A stretch of 64,000 nucleotides of DNA from an uncultured Candidatus Binatia bacterium (GCA_965200965.1 OZ241744.1:2144001-2208000); one strand, 5' to 3'. Positions 13,866 through 24,617 are shown, numbered from the stretch's first letter. Notes: generated from the sequence alone by a model not told the origin. Numbers and translations: made by a program.

Positions 13866-14732
13866 TCAGCTGGTGTGGGTGAGCTGTCGGTGGGCGGCTT
13901 TGAGCGTATTACAGAGCAGCATTGCCACCGTCATTGGGCCGACTCCGCCCGGCACCGGGGTGATAAAAGCGGCCCGTTCTCTGGCCGTCGTAAAATCGAC
14001 ATCACCCCCCAGCGAGCCGTCCGCCAGCCGGGAAATTCCGACATCAATGACAATCGCCCCGTCTTTGATCCACTCGCCGCGAATCGCACCCGGCTGCCCG
14101 ATAGCGGGAATCACAATATCGGCCTGGCGGACTTCTCGGGCCAGAGCAGTCGTCCGGGAGTGACAACAGGTGACGGTCACATGCTGCTCTAACAAGAGAA
14201 GGATCAGGGGCCGACCGACGAGGTGGCTGCGCCCGATGACAACCGCTTTCCGGCCGGCCAGGGGCAGCCCGGTCCGCTCAAGCAGACACATCACCCCCAG
14301 CGGGGTACAGGGGCGGAAACCGTCTTCGCCCCGCAGCAGCTTGCCCTGATTGAGGAGGTGCAGGCCGTCGACATCCTTGTCCGGGTCAAGGGCCTCAATG
14401 AAGCGCTCTTGGGCCAGGTGGGCCGGGAGCGGCAACTGAACCAGGACGCCGTTCACATCCGTCCGGGCGTTCAGCTCAGCGACAAGGGTCAGGACCTCAG
14501 ACGCCGGGGTGGTCGCCGGCAGCCGATAGCCAAACGACTGGATGCCGACATTCTGACAGGCTCGCTCCTTGGTCCCGACATACACGCGGGAGGCGGCATT
14601 GTCACCGACCAGGACGGTGGCCAGTCCCGGCCGGCTGCCATACCTGGCACAAAATCCGTCTACCTCCTCCTGTACGGCCTGACGGATTGAGCGGGCAATG
14701 GCTCTGCCGTCAAGAACTGTACCCCTGGCCAT
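13866..14732 (-). CDS. folD: Bifunctional methylenetetrahydrofolate dehydrogenase/cyclohydrolase
   Basis: VQLPLP, KDVDGL, PCTPLG, GRSHLVGRP, TPVPGGVGPMT. Confidence 0.97.
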   Translation of the reverse strand: MARGTVLDGRAIARSIRQAVQEEVDGFCARYGSRPGLATVLVGDNAASRVYVGTKERACQNVGIQSFGYRLPATTPASEVLTLVAELNARTDVNGVLVQLPLPAHLAQERFIEALDPDKDVDGLHLLNQGKLLRGEDGFRPCTPLGVMCLLERTGLPLAGRKAVVIGRSHLVGRPLILLLLEQHVTVTCCHSRTTALAREVRQADIVIPAIGQPGAIRGEWIKDGAIVIDVGISRLADGSLGGDVDFTTARERAAFITPVPGGVGPMTVAMLLCNTLKAAHRQLTHTS

Positions 14733-14795
14733 GCGGCTCAGGATACGCCAATCACCCTGCCGATGCAAAACGGCAGGGCGGGAAGAATGGACGGG

Positions 14796-17492
14796 CTAGA
14801 ACTCGAACCCGGCGCGCAAATAGTAGAAGCCACCGTTGAAGCCGTAGGGCGAGTATTCGGGGTATTTGGCCCCCAGGGCGCGGGCGTAGGGATTTCTGCG
14901 CGGGTAGGTATCAAACACGTTCTCTGCACCCAGCGCCAGCGTCACCGCCCGCATACAGGGGATGTTCAGAAAGGTGTAGGAGGCTTCCAGGTCCATCAGC
15001 CAGCGCTCGCCGGCGTTGATGGGCAAGTTCCTGTCTTCCACATGGTATTCGTGGAAATCGTCGTAGAAGTGCAGTCGGGCCAGGAGCCGCCACGGGCCCC
15101 AACTGTGGTCGGCCGTCAGCGAGAAGCGGAACTCCGGCAGGTTTTCTTCAAGCTGGTTGACACGCTTGTTGTCGATAACGCCGGGATCACGGCTGTCCAC
15201 CTCCGTCTTGTTCCAGTTGCCTACAAAGGTAAACCGGGTGTGGCCGGCCAGCGTCGTCAGCGGATAGCTGGCTACCAGGTCAGCCCCCTGGGTGGTGGTG
15301 TCAAAGTCGTTGGTGTAGTAGCGCACTGCGGCGAGGGAACTGGCCTCGGGCACCAGGGCGTTGAAGCGTGCCAGGGCGGCGCGGGACAGCTCCGATTTGT
15401 CAAAATTGCGGCTGAAGGCAATGCGGTCCTGGACCTTGATACGGTAATAGTCGAGGGTCAGTTCCAGTTCGCCCAGGGTGAACACCAGGCCGGCAGAGTA
15501 GTTGACCGATTTTTCCGGGGTCAGCGGCTTTGCGCCAAAAAAGGCCGCGGCCGGGTGGTAGGCCGGCAGGGTACCCTGGTCCTGTAACTGTCCGTTGCTG
15601 ATGGCCGTGGTGGTGTTGCGCAGGTTGATCTGGCCTGGGGTGGGGGCGCGGAAGCCTGAGCTGACTGAGCCGCGCAAGGCCAGGGCGCTCAGCGCTCGCC
15701 ACTGGACCGCGGCCTTGCCGTTGACCGTCTCGCCGATGTCGCCGTCAAAGTTCTCGTACCGACCGGCAAGCCCGAACAGGACGGATTCCACCATCTCGGC
15801 CTCCAGGTCCATATACAGCGCATAGTTGTGCCGCTGCCACTCGCCAGCAATGGCCGGGCTGTAGCCCGGAAAGCCGTTGGAGCCGATGCCGAAGCCCTGA
15901 GCCGCCAGGCCGTATTGATCGTCGATATACCAGGAGTTCTGCCCCCCGGCCTCTTTCTCAAAGGCTTCCACATGGTACTCAAAGCCGAAGGCAGCGTTCA
16001 GCGGTGAGGAGAAAAGACCCAGGTCCACCAGCCGCGACAGGTCAAGGTTGAATGTCCTCTCAAACTGCGTATCGGTCCCGGGCCGGTAGGAGGTCGGAAT
16101 GGTGGTCCGCAGGCCGGCCAGCTGCGGGTTGATGGTATGGTGCATGAAAAAGTCCACGCTGTTACGACCAAAGTAGGCGCTGGCGTCATACGACCAGCCG
16201 CTGAGCAGGGTGTACTTGCTCTCGACTGCTCCGCGCAGCCCGAAGGCAATGCTCCAGTCCTTCACAGAGCCGCCGAAGCGGGGCGTGAATCCGCCCGGAA
16301 AACGCTCGTTGAAGATAAAGCAGTGCGGATAGCCGTCCAGCGCGCCCTGGTAATTGGCCGCGGGGTTGGTGCGGATGATGGGGCAGCCGGTGCCGGTCCC
16401 CGACAGATCGGCGACCGGGATCGTATCGCTCAAGCCGGTGGTATCAATTCCGTCCTGCCTGGCCGCGGCGAGGGAAGCGTATGGATTGCCGGTGCGGTCC
16501 ACAACCCGGTTGCCGGCTCGGTCCACAACCGGCCCGTCAAACACCAGCGGGCGTTCGCTGGGGTGGCGGAAATAGAACCCGCCTTCAACCTTGCGTTCGG
16601 CATAATTGCCAAAGGCGTACAGCCGGGCGTTCAGGTCCTCGAGGTCCAGGCCAAGGTTGCCGAAGAACTTGTAGTCATAGTGCACCTCGGGCGCGCCCCA
16701 GACCTGGCTCGCCGGGCGGCGCACATGCGTGTTGCCGGCGGCAATCAGGTCCAGCGCGTCCCCACGCTGAACGCTGCGGCTGGTCTCGTCGGCGTTCAGA
16801 AACTCAAAGCTGAGGTTGGCAAAGCCGGCCTCGGTCAGCGGCAGGCCCAGGTTGGCCGCCACCTGTATCTTGTCGCCGTCGCCGTGGTAGTGCTGGCCCA
16901 GGCTGGTCTGCACCTCCAGCCCCTCGCGGTCTTCCCGCAGCCGGAAGTTCAGCACGCCGGCGATGGCGTCCGAGCCATACTGAGCCGCCGCGCCGTCGCG
17001 CAACACCTCAACCCGCTCCAAGGCGATGGCCGGGATGACCGACAGGTCGGCACCCTGCGCGCCGTCCGACGAGCCGTTGCTCAGCAGGCTGATGACCGCG
17101 GCGCGGTGGCGGCGTTTGCCGTTGACCAGCACCAGGCTGGAGTCCGGCGGCAGCCCGCGCAGATTGGCCGGCCGCACGAAGGTGGCAGCGTCGTTAATGG
17201 GCTGCTGGTTGACATTGTAGGACGGCACGGTGGCCCGCAGCAGCGCGTCCATGTCACGGATGCCGTAGGTCTGGAGTTCGTCGCCCTGAATGATATCCAC
17301 CGGCACCGGCGAGTCCTGGGCCGAGCGGCCCAGGACCCGGGAGCCGACCACCCGGTACTCCTCAAGCCCCAGGACTTCCTCCTGTGGCTCGGCGTTCTGC
17401 GCGCCGACCGCGCCCGCGCCCATCCAGATGAACAGGCCGGCCAACACATACCGCCGCCATCCTGCCTTGCTCACGCGCTTTTTCCTGTTCAA
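14796..17492 (-). CDS. TonB-dependent receptor
   Basis: Signal peptide, plug motifs (LVLVNGKRRH, ERVEVLRDGAAAQYGSDAIAGVLNF), C-terminal aromatic F; start is TTG and approximate. Confidence 0.92.
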   Translation of the reverse strand: MNRKKRVSKAGWRRYVLAGLFIWMGAGAVGAQNAEPQEEVLGLEEYRVVGSRVLGRSAQDSPVPVDIIQGDELQTYGIRDMDALLRATVPSYNVNQQPINDAATFVRPANLRGLPPDSSLVLVNGKRRHRAAVISLLSNGSSDGAQGADLSVIPAIALERVEVLRDGAAAQYGSDAIAGVLNFRLREDREGLEVQTSLGQHYHGDGDKIQVAANLGLPLTEAGFANLSFEFLNADETSRSVQRGDALDLIAAGNTHVRRPASQVWGAPEVHYDYKFFGNLGLDLEDLNARLYAFGNYAERKVEGGFYFRHPSERPLVFDGPVVDRAGNRVVDRTGNPYASLAAARQDGIDTTGLSDTIPVADLSGTGTGCPIIRTNPAANYQGALDGYPHCFIFNERFPGGFTPRFGGSVKDWSIAFGLRGAVESKYTLLSGWSYDASAYFGRNSVDFFMHHTINPQLAGLRTTIPTSYRPGTDTQFERTFNLDLSRLVDLGLFSSPLNAAFGFEYHVEAFEKEAGGQNSWYIDDQYGLAAQGFGIGSNGFPGYSPAIAGEWQRHNYALYMDLEAEMVESVLFGLAGRYENFDGDIGETVNGKAAVQWRALSALALRGSVSSGFRAPTPGQINLRNTTTAISNGQLQDQGTLPAYHPAAAFFGAKPLTPEKSVNYSAGLVFTLGELELTLDYYRIKVQDRIAFSRNFDKSELSRAALARFNALVPEASSLAAVRYYTNDFDTTTQGADLVASYPLTTLAGHTRFTFVGNWNKTEVDSRDPGVIDNKRVNQLEENLPEFRFSLTADHSWGPWRLLARLHFYDDFHEYHVEDRNLPINAGERWLMDLEASYTFLNIPCMRAVTLALGAENVFDTYPRRNPYARALGAKYPEYSPYGFNGGFYYLRAGFEF

Positions 17493-17537
17493 CTCCTGTG
17501 GTCTTTTGCGGGACCGGGGGCGTTTGGGGGGGAAGGA

Positions 17538-17563
17538 AACGGGGGACAGTCCTGTCCCCCGTT
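17538..17563. terminator. Intergenic hairpin between the two TonB receptor genes (terminator or stabiliser)
   Basis: AACGGGGGACAG-TC-CTGTCCCCCGTT perfect inverted repeat; only a weak pyrimidine tail on the minus strand. Confidence 0.5.
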
Positions 17564-17622
17564 CCGAAAAAGAGAGGGTCGGGGAGGCCGGATGGAGCCC
17601 CCGGCGACGGGAGATGGTCCGG

Positions 17623-20253
17623 CTAGAACTCGAACCCGGCGCGCAGGTAGTAGAACCCGCCGTTGAAGCCGAACGGCGAGGCTTCGGGGTACTTCATGCC
17701 AACCCCAGACCCGGCACCGTTCTTATACGGCACCCGGCGTGGGTACTGGTCGAACACGTTTTCCGCGCCCGCGGCCAGCGTTACCGTCTGCATGAACGGA
17801 ATGTTCCTGAAAGTGTAGGAGGCTTCGATGTCCATCAGCCAGCGCTCACCCGAGCGGAACCCCCAGGCTTGAACATCCGCCGGATAGGAGCGGAAGTTGT
17901 CGAAGAAATGCAACCTGGTCAACAGCCGCCACGGCCCATAGCTATGGTCGGCCGTTAGCGTGAACCGGAATTGCGGCAGCTTTTCTTCGATCTGTGTGAC
18001 CCGCCTGTCGCTGATGATGACAGGATTGCGGCTGTCGACCTCCGTCCTGTTCCAGTTCCCGACAAACGTGAACTCGGTGTTGCCGGCCACGGTTGTTACT
18101 GGATAGGTCGCCACCAGGTCGACCCCCTGCGTAGTGGTGTCAAAGTCGTTGGTGTAGTAGAGCACATCTCTGAGAGAACTCGCCTCGGGCACCAGCATGT
18201 TGAACTGCGCCAGTTGGCCGGGGGTCAAGTCCGAAACCCTGAATCTTTCGCTCAGTGCGATGCGGTCCTGCACTTTGATGCGGTAATAGTCGAGGGTCAG
18301 TTCCAGGGCACCCAGGTTGAAGACGGCACCCACCGAGTAGTTGACGGACTTTTCCGGGGTCAGCGGTTTTGCGCCGAAGAAGGATGCCGCGGGGTGGTGC
18401 GCCGGCAGGGTCCCCTGGTCTACCAGCCCGTCAGCACCGAAAGCCGTGGTGGTGTTCCGCAGGTTGATCTGTCCCGGCGTCGGGGCGCGGAAGCCCGAAC
18501 TGACCGCGCCGCGCAGGGCCAATGCCTCAATGACCTGCCAGCGAGCGGAGACTTTGCCGTTCACGGTCTCGCCGATGTCGCCGTCGAAGTTCTCGTAGCG
18601 TCCGGCGGCCCCGAGGGTAACCGCTCGAATCACCTCGGCTTCCAGGTCCATGTACAGCGCGTAGTTGTGGCGATCCCACTCGCCGGCGACATCGGGCCGG
18701 TAGCCGCCAAACCCGTTCGAGCCGATGCCGAACCCTTGGGCGGCAAGGCTATCGTCAATGTACCAGGAATTCTCTCCGCCGATCTTCTTCTCGAATTCCT
18801 CAATGCGGTATTCAAACCCGAACGCGGCGTTCAACGGGGAGTAGAACAACCCCACGTCAAACGGCCGCGAGATGTCGAAGTTGAATGTTCGTTCGAACTG
18901 CGTGTCCCTGCCCGGTCGGTACGATGTCGGGATATTCGTCCGCATGGCGGCCAGCTGCGGGTTGATGGTGTTGAACATGAAGAGGTCAACGCTGTTCTGG
19001 CCAAAATTGGCACTGACATCATAGAACCAGCCGTTCAGCAGGCTGAACGCACTCTCGACCTCACCGTTCATGCCGAAGACGATGCTCCAGTCCTTCACAT
19101 AACCGCCGAAGCGCGGCGTGAACCCGCCCGGAAAGCGCTCGTTGAACGCAAAGCAATGATCGGGCAGCCCGGCCAGGGCAGCCGTGTAGTCAGCCGCGGC
19201 GTTAGTCGGCACGGCGGGACAGCCTGCACCAGTCCCCGACAGGTCAGCCACTCGTATTGTGGGCGTACCGTCCGCAGGGGTGCCCTCGAACACGCCGCGC
19301 CGGGTATTGGGGTTGCGGTAAAAGAAGCCGCCCTCTACCCTGCGCTCGGCGTAGTTGCCAAAGGCGTACAAGCGGGCGTTGATGTCTTCCAGGTCAAGGC
19401 CCAAGTTGCCGAAGAACTTGTATTCGTACTGGACTTCGGGTGAGCCCCAGATCTGGGCCGCGGGCCGGCGCACATCCGTGTTGCCCGCCTCGATCAGCCC
19501 TCGCGCGTCGCCGCGTTGCACGCTGCGGCTGGTCTCATCGGCATTCATGAACTCAAAGCTGAAGTTGGCAAACCCCGCATCGGTCAGCGGCAGCCCCAGA
19601 TTAGCCGCGACTTTCACCTTGTCGCCGTCGCCATGATAGTTCTGGCCGTAGCTGGTCTGTACCTCCAGCCCCTCGCGGTCTTCCCGCAGCCGGAAGTTCA
19701 ACACCCCGGCGATAGCGTCCGAGCCATACTGGGCTGCGGCTCCGTCGCGCAGCACTTCAACCCGTTGCAACGCAATGGCCGGGATGGCGGACAAATCAAC
19801 GCCCTGCGAGCCATCTGCTAAACCGCCACCCAGGATGCTGATGACCGAACCGCGGTGGCGACGTTTTCCGTTGACCAGCACCAGGGTGTGATCCGGCGGC
19901 AGCCCGCGCAGGTTGGCCGGACGGATGAGCGTGGCGGCGTCGCTGATGGGTTGATCGTTGACGTTGTAGGACGGGACGGACGCGCGCAGCAAGGAGTCCA
20001 GGTCACGGATGCCGTAGGTCTGGAGGTCTTCGCCCCGGATGATGTCTACCGGCACGGCCGAATCCTGGGCCGAGCGTCCGGCCACGCGCGAGCCGACCAC
20101 CCGGTAGGCTTCCAGCCCGACAACATCCTCCTCCGGCTCCGTAACCTGCGGCTCGGTGGCCTGCTGTTGTGTATCCTGTGCGCCGACTGTTGCCGCGCCC
20201 GTCAGGGCGAATATGCCCGCCAATAGACCGTAGCGCCAATTTCTCTTTTGCAT
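17623..20253 (-). CDS. TonB-dependent receptor, paralogue of 14796..17492
   Basis: Same plug and barrel motifs; both proteins end GFNGGFYYLRAGFEF; AGGAG RBS. Confidence 0.93.
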   Translation of the reverse strand: MQKRNWRYGLLAGIFALTGAATVGAQDTQQQATEPQVTEPEEDVVGLEAYRVVGSRVAGRSAQDSAVPVDIIRGEDLQTYGIRDLDSLLRASVPSYNVNDQPISDAATLIRPANLRGLPPDHTLVLVNGKRRHRGSVISILGGGLADGSQGVDLSAIPAIALQRVEVLRDGAAAQYGSDAIAGVLNFRLREDREGLEVQTSYGQNYHGDGDKVKVAANLGLPLTDAGFANFSFEFMNADETSRSVQRGDARGLIEAGNTDVRRPAAQIWGSPEVQYEYKFFGNLGLDLEDINARLYAFGNYAERRVEGGFFYRNPNTRRGVFEGTPADGTPTIRVADLSGTGAGCPAVPTNAAADYTAALAGLPDHCFAFNERFPGGFTPRFGGYVKDWSIVFGMNGEVESAFSLLNGWFYDVSANFGQNSVDLFMFNTINPQLAAMRTNIPTSYRPGRDTQFERTFNFDISRPFDVGLFYSPLNAAFGFEYRIEEFEKKIGGENSWYIDDSLAAQGFGIGSNGFGGYRPDVAGEWDRHNYALYMDLEAEVIRAVTLGAAGRYENFDGDIGETVNGKVSARWQVIEALALRGAVSSGFRAPTPGQINLRNTTTAFGADGLVDQGTLPAHHPAASFFGAKPLTPEKSVNYSVGAVFNLGALELTLDYYRIKVQDRIALSERFRVSDLTPGQLAQFNMLVPEASSLRDVLYYTNDFDTTTQGVDLVATYPVTTVAGNTEFTFVGNWNRTEVDSRNPVIISDRRVTQIEEKLPQFRFTLTADHSYGPWRLLTRLHFFDNFRSYPADVQAWGFRSGERWLMDIEASYTFRNIPFMQTVTLAAGAENVFDQYPRRVPYKNGAGSGVGMKYPEASPFGFNGGFYYLRAGFEF

Positions 20254-20339
20254 CGCTCCTCATCTCCCTCCCGGTGTTTGCTTCGTTGCGTTCCCAGAAC
20301 CCCACCATCATAACGAGGGGCGGGGGGTAACGCAAGCAT

Positions 20340-21221
20340 TCATACCCCGTGTGCCCGCTCAACCGTGGGCAGAACCCGGTCAATCCAGGCCATTGCCCCG
20401 CCGTCCGCAATCTCCGTACCCATCTGCTGGGAGAAGGTCACAACGCCCCGCGCCCCGGCGTCCCGGTAGCGTTTGAGCTCGTCCCGAGACGGGCCGTCTT
20501 GTCCAGGATCAACAATAACCGTGATGTTCAGGCTGTCCGGGTCACGGCCGGCCTCTCTGGTCAACTGTCTCAGGCTGCGTATCTGCCTGTCACAAGCGTC
20601 CGGGCTGTGGACCAGCGGAAACCAGCCGTCATAGCTGCGCGCCACCCGTTCCAGGGCTTTTGGGCCGTGCGCGCCGAGCAGAACCGGCGGTCCGCCGGGC
20701 TGGACCGGCTTGGGTTCACAGCGGACAGGCGGGAAGCGGACCAGGTCGCCCTCATAGCCGGCTTCACCCTGGGTCCACAGGACTTTCATCGCCTCAACCG
20801 TCTCCCGCATCCGCTTCCAGCGCAGCCGGAACTCGGTTCCCAGCACCTCGGTTTCTTCCCGCAGCCAGCCCGCTCCCGCTCCGATTATCACCCGGCCCCC
20901 GGCATACAGGTCAAGACTGGCTATGGTCTTGGCCGTGACCAGCGGCTCCCGCTCGGGCAGCAGACAGATGCCGGTCCCCAGCTTGATCCTGTTGGTGACG
21001 GTCGCCGCTACGGTCAGGGCGATAAACGGGTCGGCCCAGCGGTTGTAGTGCTCCGGCAGCTGCCCGTCCGCGGCCGCGGGAAAAGGGGTCTGATGCCCCA
21101 CCGGGATAACCGGATGCTCAGGTATCCACAACGAATCAAACCCCTCGGCTTCAACCCGTCGGGCGACTTCGGCCAGATCGCCGCTCTGGGCGGTGGCGGT
21201 CACTAAAACGCCGACTTCCAT
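20340..21221 (-). CDS. LLM-class (probably F420-dependent) oxidoreductase
   Basis: GFDSLWIPEHPVIP, DPFIAL, IKLGTGI, GAGWLREE; ATG at 21221 after GGAGGG. Confidence 0.88.
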   Translation of the reverse strand: MEVGVLVTATAQSGDLAEVARRVEAEGFDSLWIPEHPVIPVGHQTPFPAAADGQLPEHYNRWADPFIALTVAATVTNRIKLGTGICLLPEREPLVTAKTIASLDLYAGGRVIIGAGAGWLREETEVLGTEFRLRWKRMRETVEAMKVLWTQGEAGYEGDLVRFPPVRCEPKPVQPGGPPVLLGAHGPKALERVARSYDGWFPLVHSPDACDRQIRSLRQLTREAGRDPDSLNITVIVDPGQDGPSRDELKRYRDAGARGVVTFSQQMGTEIADGGAMAWIDRVLPTVERAHGV

Positions 21222-21332
21222 ACTCGTGCCCTCCTGCTGCACAGCGCTGCCGTCTTCCATACCAGGGGCGATGCTGACGGCCAAGCAGCCCTTTTTATTG
21301 ACAGCCCCGGCCCCGGCGCATAGGTTCAGCGG

Positions 21333-22598
21333 GTGTTATCCAAGCCGTCCCCCCTGGCCCCCAAAGCACTCCAGGGCCCCGACCGGCAACTGCCCTACAG
21401 CCTGCGCGCCCTCCAACACCGCAACTTCCGGCTGTTCTTCGTCGGTCAGTTTGTCTCCCGGACCGGCTTCTGGATGCAGAACATGGCCCAGGGCTGGCTG
21501 GTCTATCAACTGACCCAGTCGTCCTTCATGCTCGGCCTCGTCGCCTTTGCCGGTCAATTCCCCACCCTGCTGCTCGGCCTGCTGGCCGGCGTGGTGGCCG
21601 ACCGCTTCAACCGCTACTCCGTCATCCTGCTGATGCTGGTGCTGGCCATGCTCCAGGCCGCGGCGCTGAGCGTCTTGACGCTGGGCGGCTGGATTACCGC
21701 CTGGCAGGTGTTTTTTCTGGCCCTGTTCGCCGGCACGGTCCAGACCTTTGAGATGCCGGCCCGGCAGAGTTTTCTGATGGAAATCGTGGGCCGGGAGGAC
21801 CTGCCGAGCGCGATCGCCCTCAACTCGGCCCTGGTCAACGGGGCACGGATTACCGGCCCGGCCCTGGCCGGACTGATTGTCGCCGAGGCCGGTGAAGGAG
21901 CGTGTTTTCTGGTCAACACGCTGTCCTACCTGGCCATTATCGGCGGATTTCTGGCCATGCGTCCGCCGGCCTGGACCCGGCCGGCCTCTCCCCACCGCTC
22001 GGTATGGGCGTTTATCCGTGAGGGGCTGGTCTACGCCGTCCGCACGCCGGCCGTCCGCCTGCTCCTTATTGTCATCGGCCTCGTCAGCCTGTTCAGCGCA
22101 CCCTACACCGTCCTCATGCCGGTGTTTGCCGAGGATATCCTGCACGGCGGCCCGAGCGGGATGGGCGTGCTGATGGGTGCCGCCGGGCTTGGTGCCGTCG
22201 TCGGGGTCAGTTTTCTGGCCAGGCATCGGGGAACGGACACCCTCGGCCGGGCGGTCGTCTTTGCCCTGCTCCAGCTCGGCCTTGGGCTTCTTCTCTTTGC
22301 TCTGTCCCGCAAACTGTGGCTGTCGGTGCTGATCCTGCCCCTGGTCGGCTCGGGCTTCATGGTCCCGCTGGCCGCGGTCAACACCCTGCTGCAAACGATC
22401 GCGCCCGATCACCTGCGGGGCCGGATCATGAGCCTGTTCTTCATCATGTTCATGGGCGCTTCGCCGGTCGGCAGCCTGCTGTCAGGCAGCTTGGCCCCGT
22501 ATATCGGCGCTCCGCTGACGGTCGGGCTGACCGGGCTGAGCTGCCTCGGTGCCGCGGTGTGGCTGAGCCTGAACCTGCACCTTCTCCAGAGCAAGTGA
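21333..22598 (+). CDS. MFS transporter (H+ antiporter-3/EntS-like)
   Basis: About 12 hydrophobic segments; ALQHRNFRLFFVGQ, GVVADRFNR, PARQSF, LRGRIMS. Confidence 0.9.
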   Translation: MLSKPSPLAPKALQGPDRQLPYSLRALQHRNFRLFFVGQFVSRTGFWMQNMAQGWLVYQLTQSSFMLGLVAFAGQFPTLLLGLLAGVVADRFNRYSVILLMLVLAMLQAAALSVLTLGGWITAWQVFFLALFAGTVQTFEMPARQSFLMEIVGREDLPSAIALNSALVNGARITGPALAGLIVAEAGEGACFLVNTLSYLAIIGGFLAMRPPAWTRPASPHRSVWAFIREGLVYAVRTPAVRLLLIVIGLVSLFSAPYTVLMPVFAEDILHGGPSGMGVLMGAAGLGAVVGVSFLARHRGTDTLGRAVVFALLQLGLGLLLFALSRKLWLSVLILPLVGSGFMVPLAAVNTLLQTIAPDHLRGRIMSLFFIMFMGASPVGSLLSGSLAPYIGAPLTVGLTGLSCLGAAVWLSLNLHLLQSK

Positions 22599-22811
22599 AG
22601 AGCAAGCGCAGTACTGCTGCTCGCCCCATGACGGCGTATCCGCACTCCACTTCCCGACTGAACGCCTGCTCATTGCGTCCATTGCAAAAGCTGCGGCCCT
22701 TGTGCTAGGGGTCAGGCATGTCTGGCCAGAAAATGGCACCCGGCGTAGAGATGTCGCGTCATTTTCTGGTTTCACCACCAGCCTGCTCACCTGAGCAAAA
22801 AGGAGGATCGC

Positions 22812-24554
22812 ATGGCTGATTATGACCTGCTTATCAAAAACGGCACAATCATCGACGGCTTGCGGATGCCCGCCTACCGTGGGGACATCGGTATCCGGAC
22901 CGGGAAAATTGCCACTATGGGCAATATCCAGGGCAGCGCCCAGCGCGTTATTGATGCCACCGGCTTGATTGTGGCCCCGGGGTTTATGGACATTCACACC
23001 CACTACGACGCGGCGCTTACCGGCTGGGACCCCTACGCCACGCTGTCAGGCTGGCACGGTGTGACAACGGTCGCCATCGGCAACTGCGGCTTCGGCTTTG
23101 CGCCGGTCCATCCAGAGGACCGCGAGCGGGCCATGCTGCGCATGGAACGGACAGAGACGATCCCCCTGTCCATTATGCAGGCGTCAATGCGCTGGGACTG
23201 GGAGACCTTTCCCGAATTCCTGGACAGCATTGAGCGCCACGGCACAGGGGTGAATGCGGCCTCGCTCATTCCCTACTCTCCGCTGCGCGCCTGGGTAATG
23301 GGCACAGACGCAGCACGGGACCCCAACTACACCGCCACCCAGGAGCAGGTCAACCAGATGAAGCACCTGGTACGAGAAGGCATGGAGGCCGGCGGCTTTG
23401 GCTTCTCGGCCAGCTTCAGCATGGCCAACCGCGACTACGACGGCGGCTATCTGCCGACCCATGTGGCCCCGCGCGAAGAATTTCTGGAAATGGCCAAGGT
23501 CATGCGCGAGTTCAACCGGGGATCAATCGAGTGGACCATGGGCCACGCCCTGCAAGGTTTGGGGCGGGATTTCCTGGTTGAACTGGCCAGGACCAGCGGC
23601 CGGCCGGTGAACTGGAACGCCATTATCTATGATCCGACCAACCCGAGTGCCTGGCGCAACCAACTGGAATGGACAGAAGAAGTGTTTCGTGAGGCCGTGG
23701 TGCTGCCGGTCAATATCTGCCTGCCGATCGAATTTGAGTTCAAATTTGAGACCGTAGGGCTTTTTGACCAGTTGCCAGCCTGGAACGAAGCCACGGTCGG
23801 CAGCCACGAAGAGCGCAAAGCCAAGCTGTCTGACCCGGCCCGGCGGGCGGCCCTCAGGCAGGATATGGAACAGACCCCAACGGTCATGGAGAAGAGGCAC
23901 CACGACGGTGAGGCGGCCCAGATCTCTCTCTTCAATTGGGACAAGACAACAATTGCTGAGGTGTGTCTGGACAAGAACAAACACCTGGAGGGTCGAACTA
24001 TCGCCGAGCTCGCCAAAGAGCAGGGCAAACATCCGGTTGACACCATGCTGGACCTGGCAGTCGAGGAGAACCTGGGAACCGAATTTGCCCTGCAAGACTT
24101 TATCAATGGCGATGAGGACGCGGTCAGCGAGATTGTCAAGCACCCGCTCACCCTGATCGGCGCTTCGGATGGCGGCGCTCACACCAAGTTCCTGACCACC
24201 GGCCGCTATCCGACCCACTTCCTGGGCCACTGGGTGCGCGACAGGCAGCTCATGTCACTCGAAGAGGCGCACTGGCGGCTGTCCACCATGCTGGGCTGGG
24301 CCATCGGCATCCGCGACCGTGGCTGGCTGCGTGAGGGAATGCCGGCAGACATCGTCGTCTACGATCTGGACAAGCTGCGCGTATTGCCAATGGAGACCGT
24401 AACCGACCTGCCGAACAAGGACTGGCGGCGGGTCCAGAAGGCCGAGGGCTACCACTATACGATCGTGAACGGAGCCGTCACCTTTGAGGGTCAGCAATGC
24501 ACCGGGGCGCTGCCGGGCAAGATGCTGCGCAGCTACGATATGGCAGCCGAATAA
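22812..24554 (+). CDS. N-acyl-D-amino-acid deacylase-like amidohydrolase
   Basis: PGFMDIHTHYD, GVTTVAIGNCG, SDGGAH, ADIVVYD; AGGAGG RBS. Confidence 0.9.
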   Translation: MADYDLLIKNGTIIDGLRMPAYRGDIGIRTGKIATMGNIQGSAQRVIDATGLIVAPGFMDIHTHYDAALTGWDPYATLSGWHGVTTVAIGNCGFGFAPVHPEDRERAMLRMERTETIPLSIMQASMRWDWETFPEFLDSIERHGTGVNAASLIPYSPLRAWVMGTDAARDPNYTATQEQVNQMKHLVREGMEAGGFGFSASFSMANRDYDGGYLPTHVAPREEFLEMAKVMREFNRGSIEWTMGHALQGLGRDFLVELARTSGRPVNWNAIIYDPTNPSAWRNQLEWTEEVFREAVVLPVNICLPIEFEFKFETVGLFDQLPAWNEATVGSHEERKAKLSDPARRAALRQDMEQTPTVMEKRHHDGEAAQISLFNWDKTTIAEVCLDKNKHLEGRTIAELAKEQGKHPVDTMLDLAVEENLGTEFALQDFINGDEDAVSEIVKHPLTLIGASDGGAHTKFLTTGRYPTHFLGHWVRDRQLMSLEEAHWRLSTMLGWAIGIRDRGWLREGMPADIVVYDLDKLRVLPMETVTDLPNKDWRRVQKAEGYHYTIVNGAVTFEGQQCTGALPGKMLRSYDMAAE

Positions 24555-24593
24555 GCCGGGCAGGGGTTGTCCTGCTGTAACCGTCCATGCCAG

Positions 24594-24617
24594 CGCCGGG
24601 TTCTCACCCGGCGTTTT
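24594..24617 (+). terminator. Probable intrinsic terminator
   Basis: CGCCGGGT-TCTC-ACCCGGCG followed by TTTT, 40 nt after the stop codon. Confidence 0.55.

Noticed and set aside
13862-14800. Glycine riboswitch upstream of gcvT
   Set aside because: gcvT is 3 nt from folD and the folD upstream gap is about 60 nt, so there is no room and no aptamer motif.
20254-20339. Cobalamin/TPP riboswitch or Fur box ahead of the TonB receptors
   Set aside because: The intergenic gap is only 86 nt and no conserved motif was recognised.
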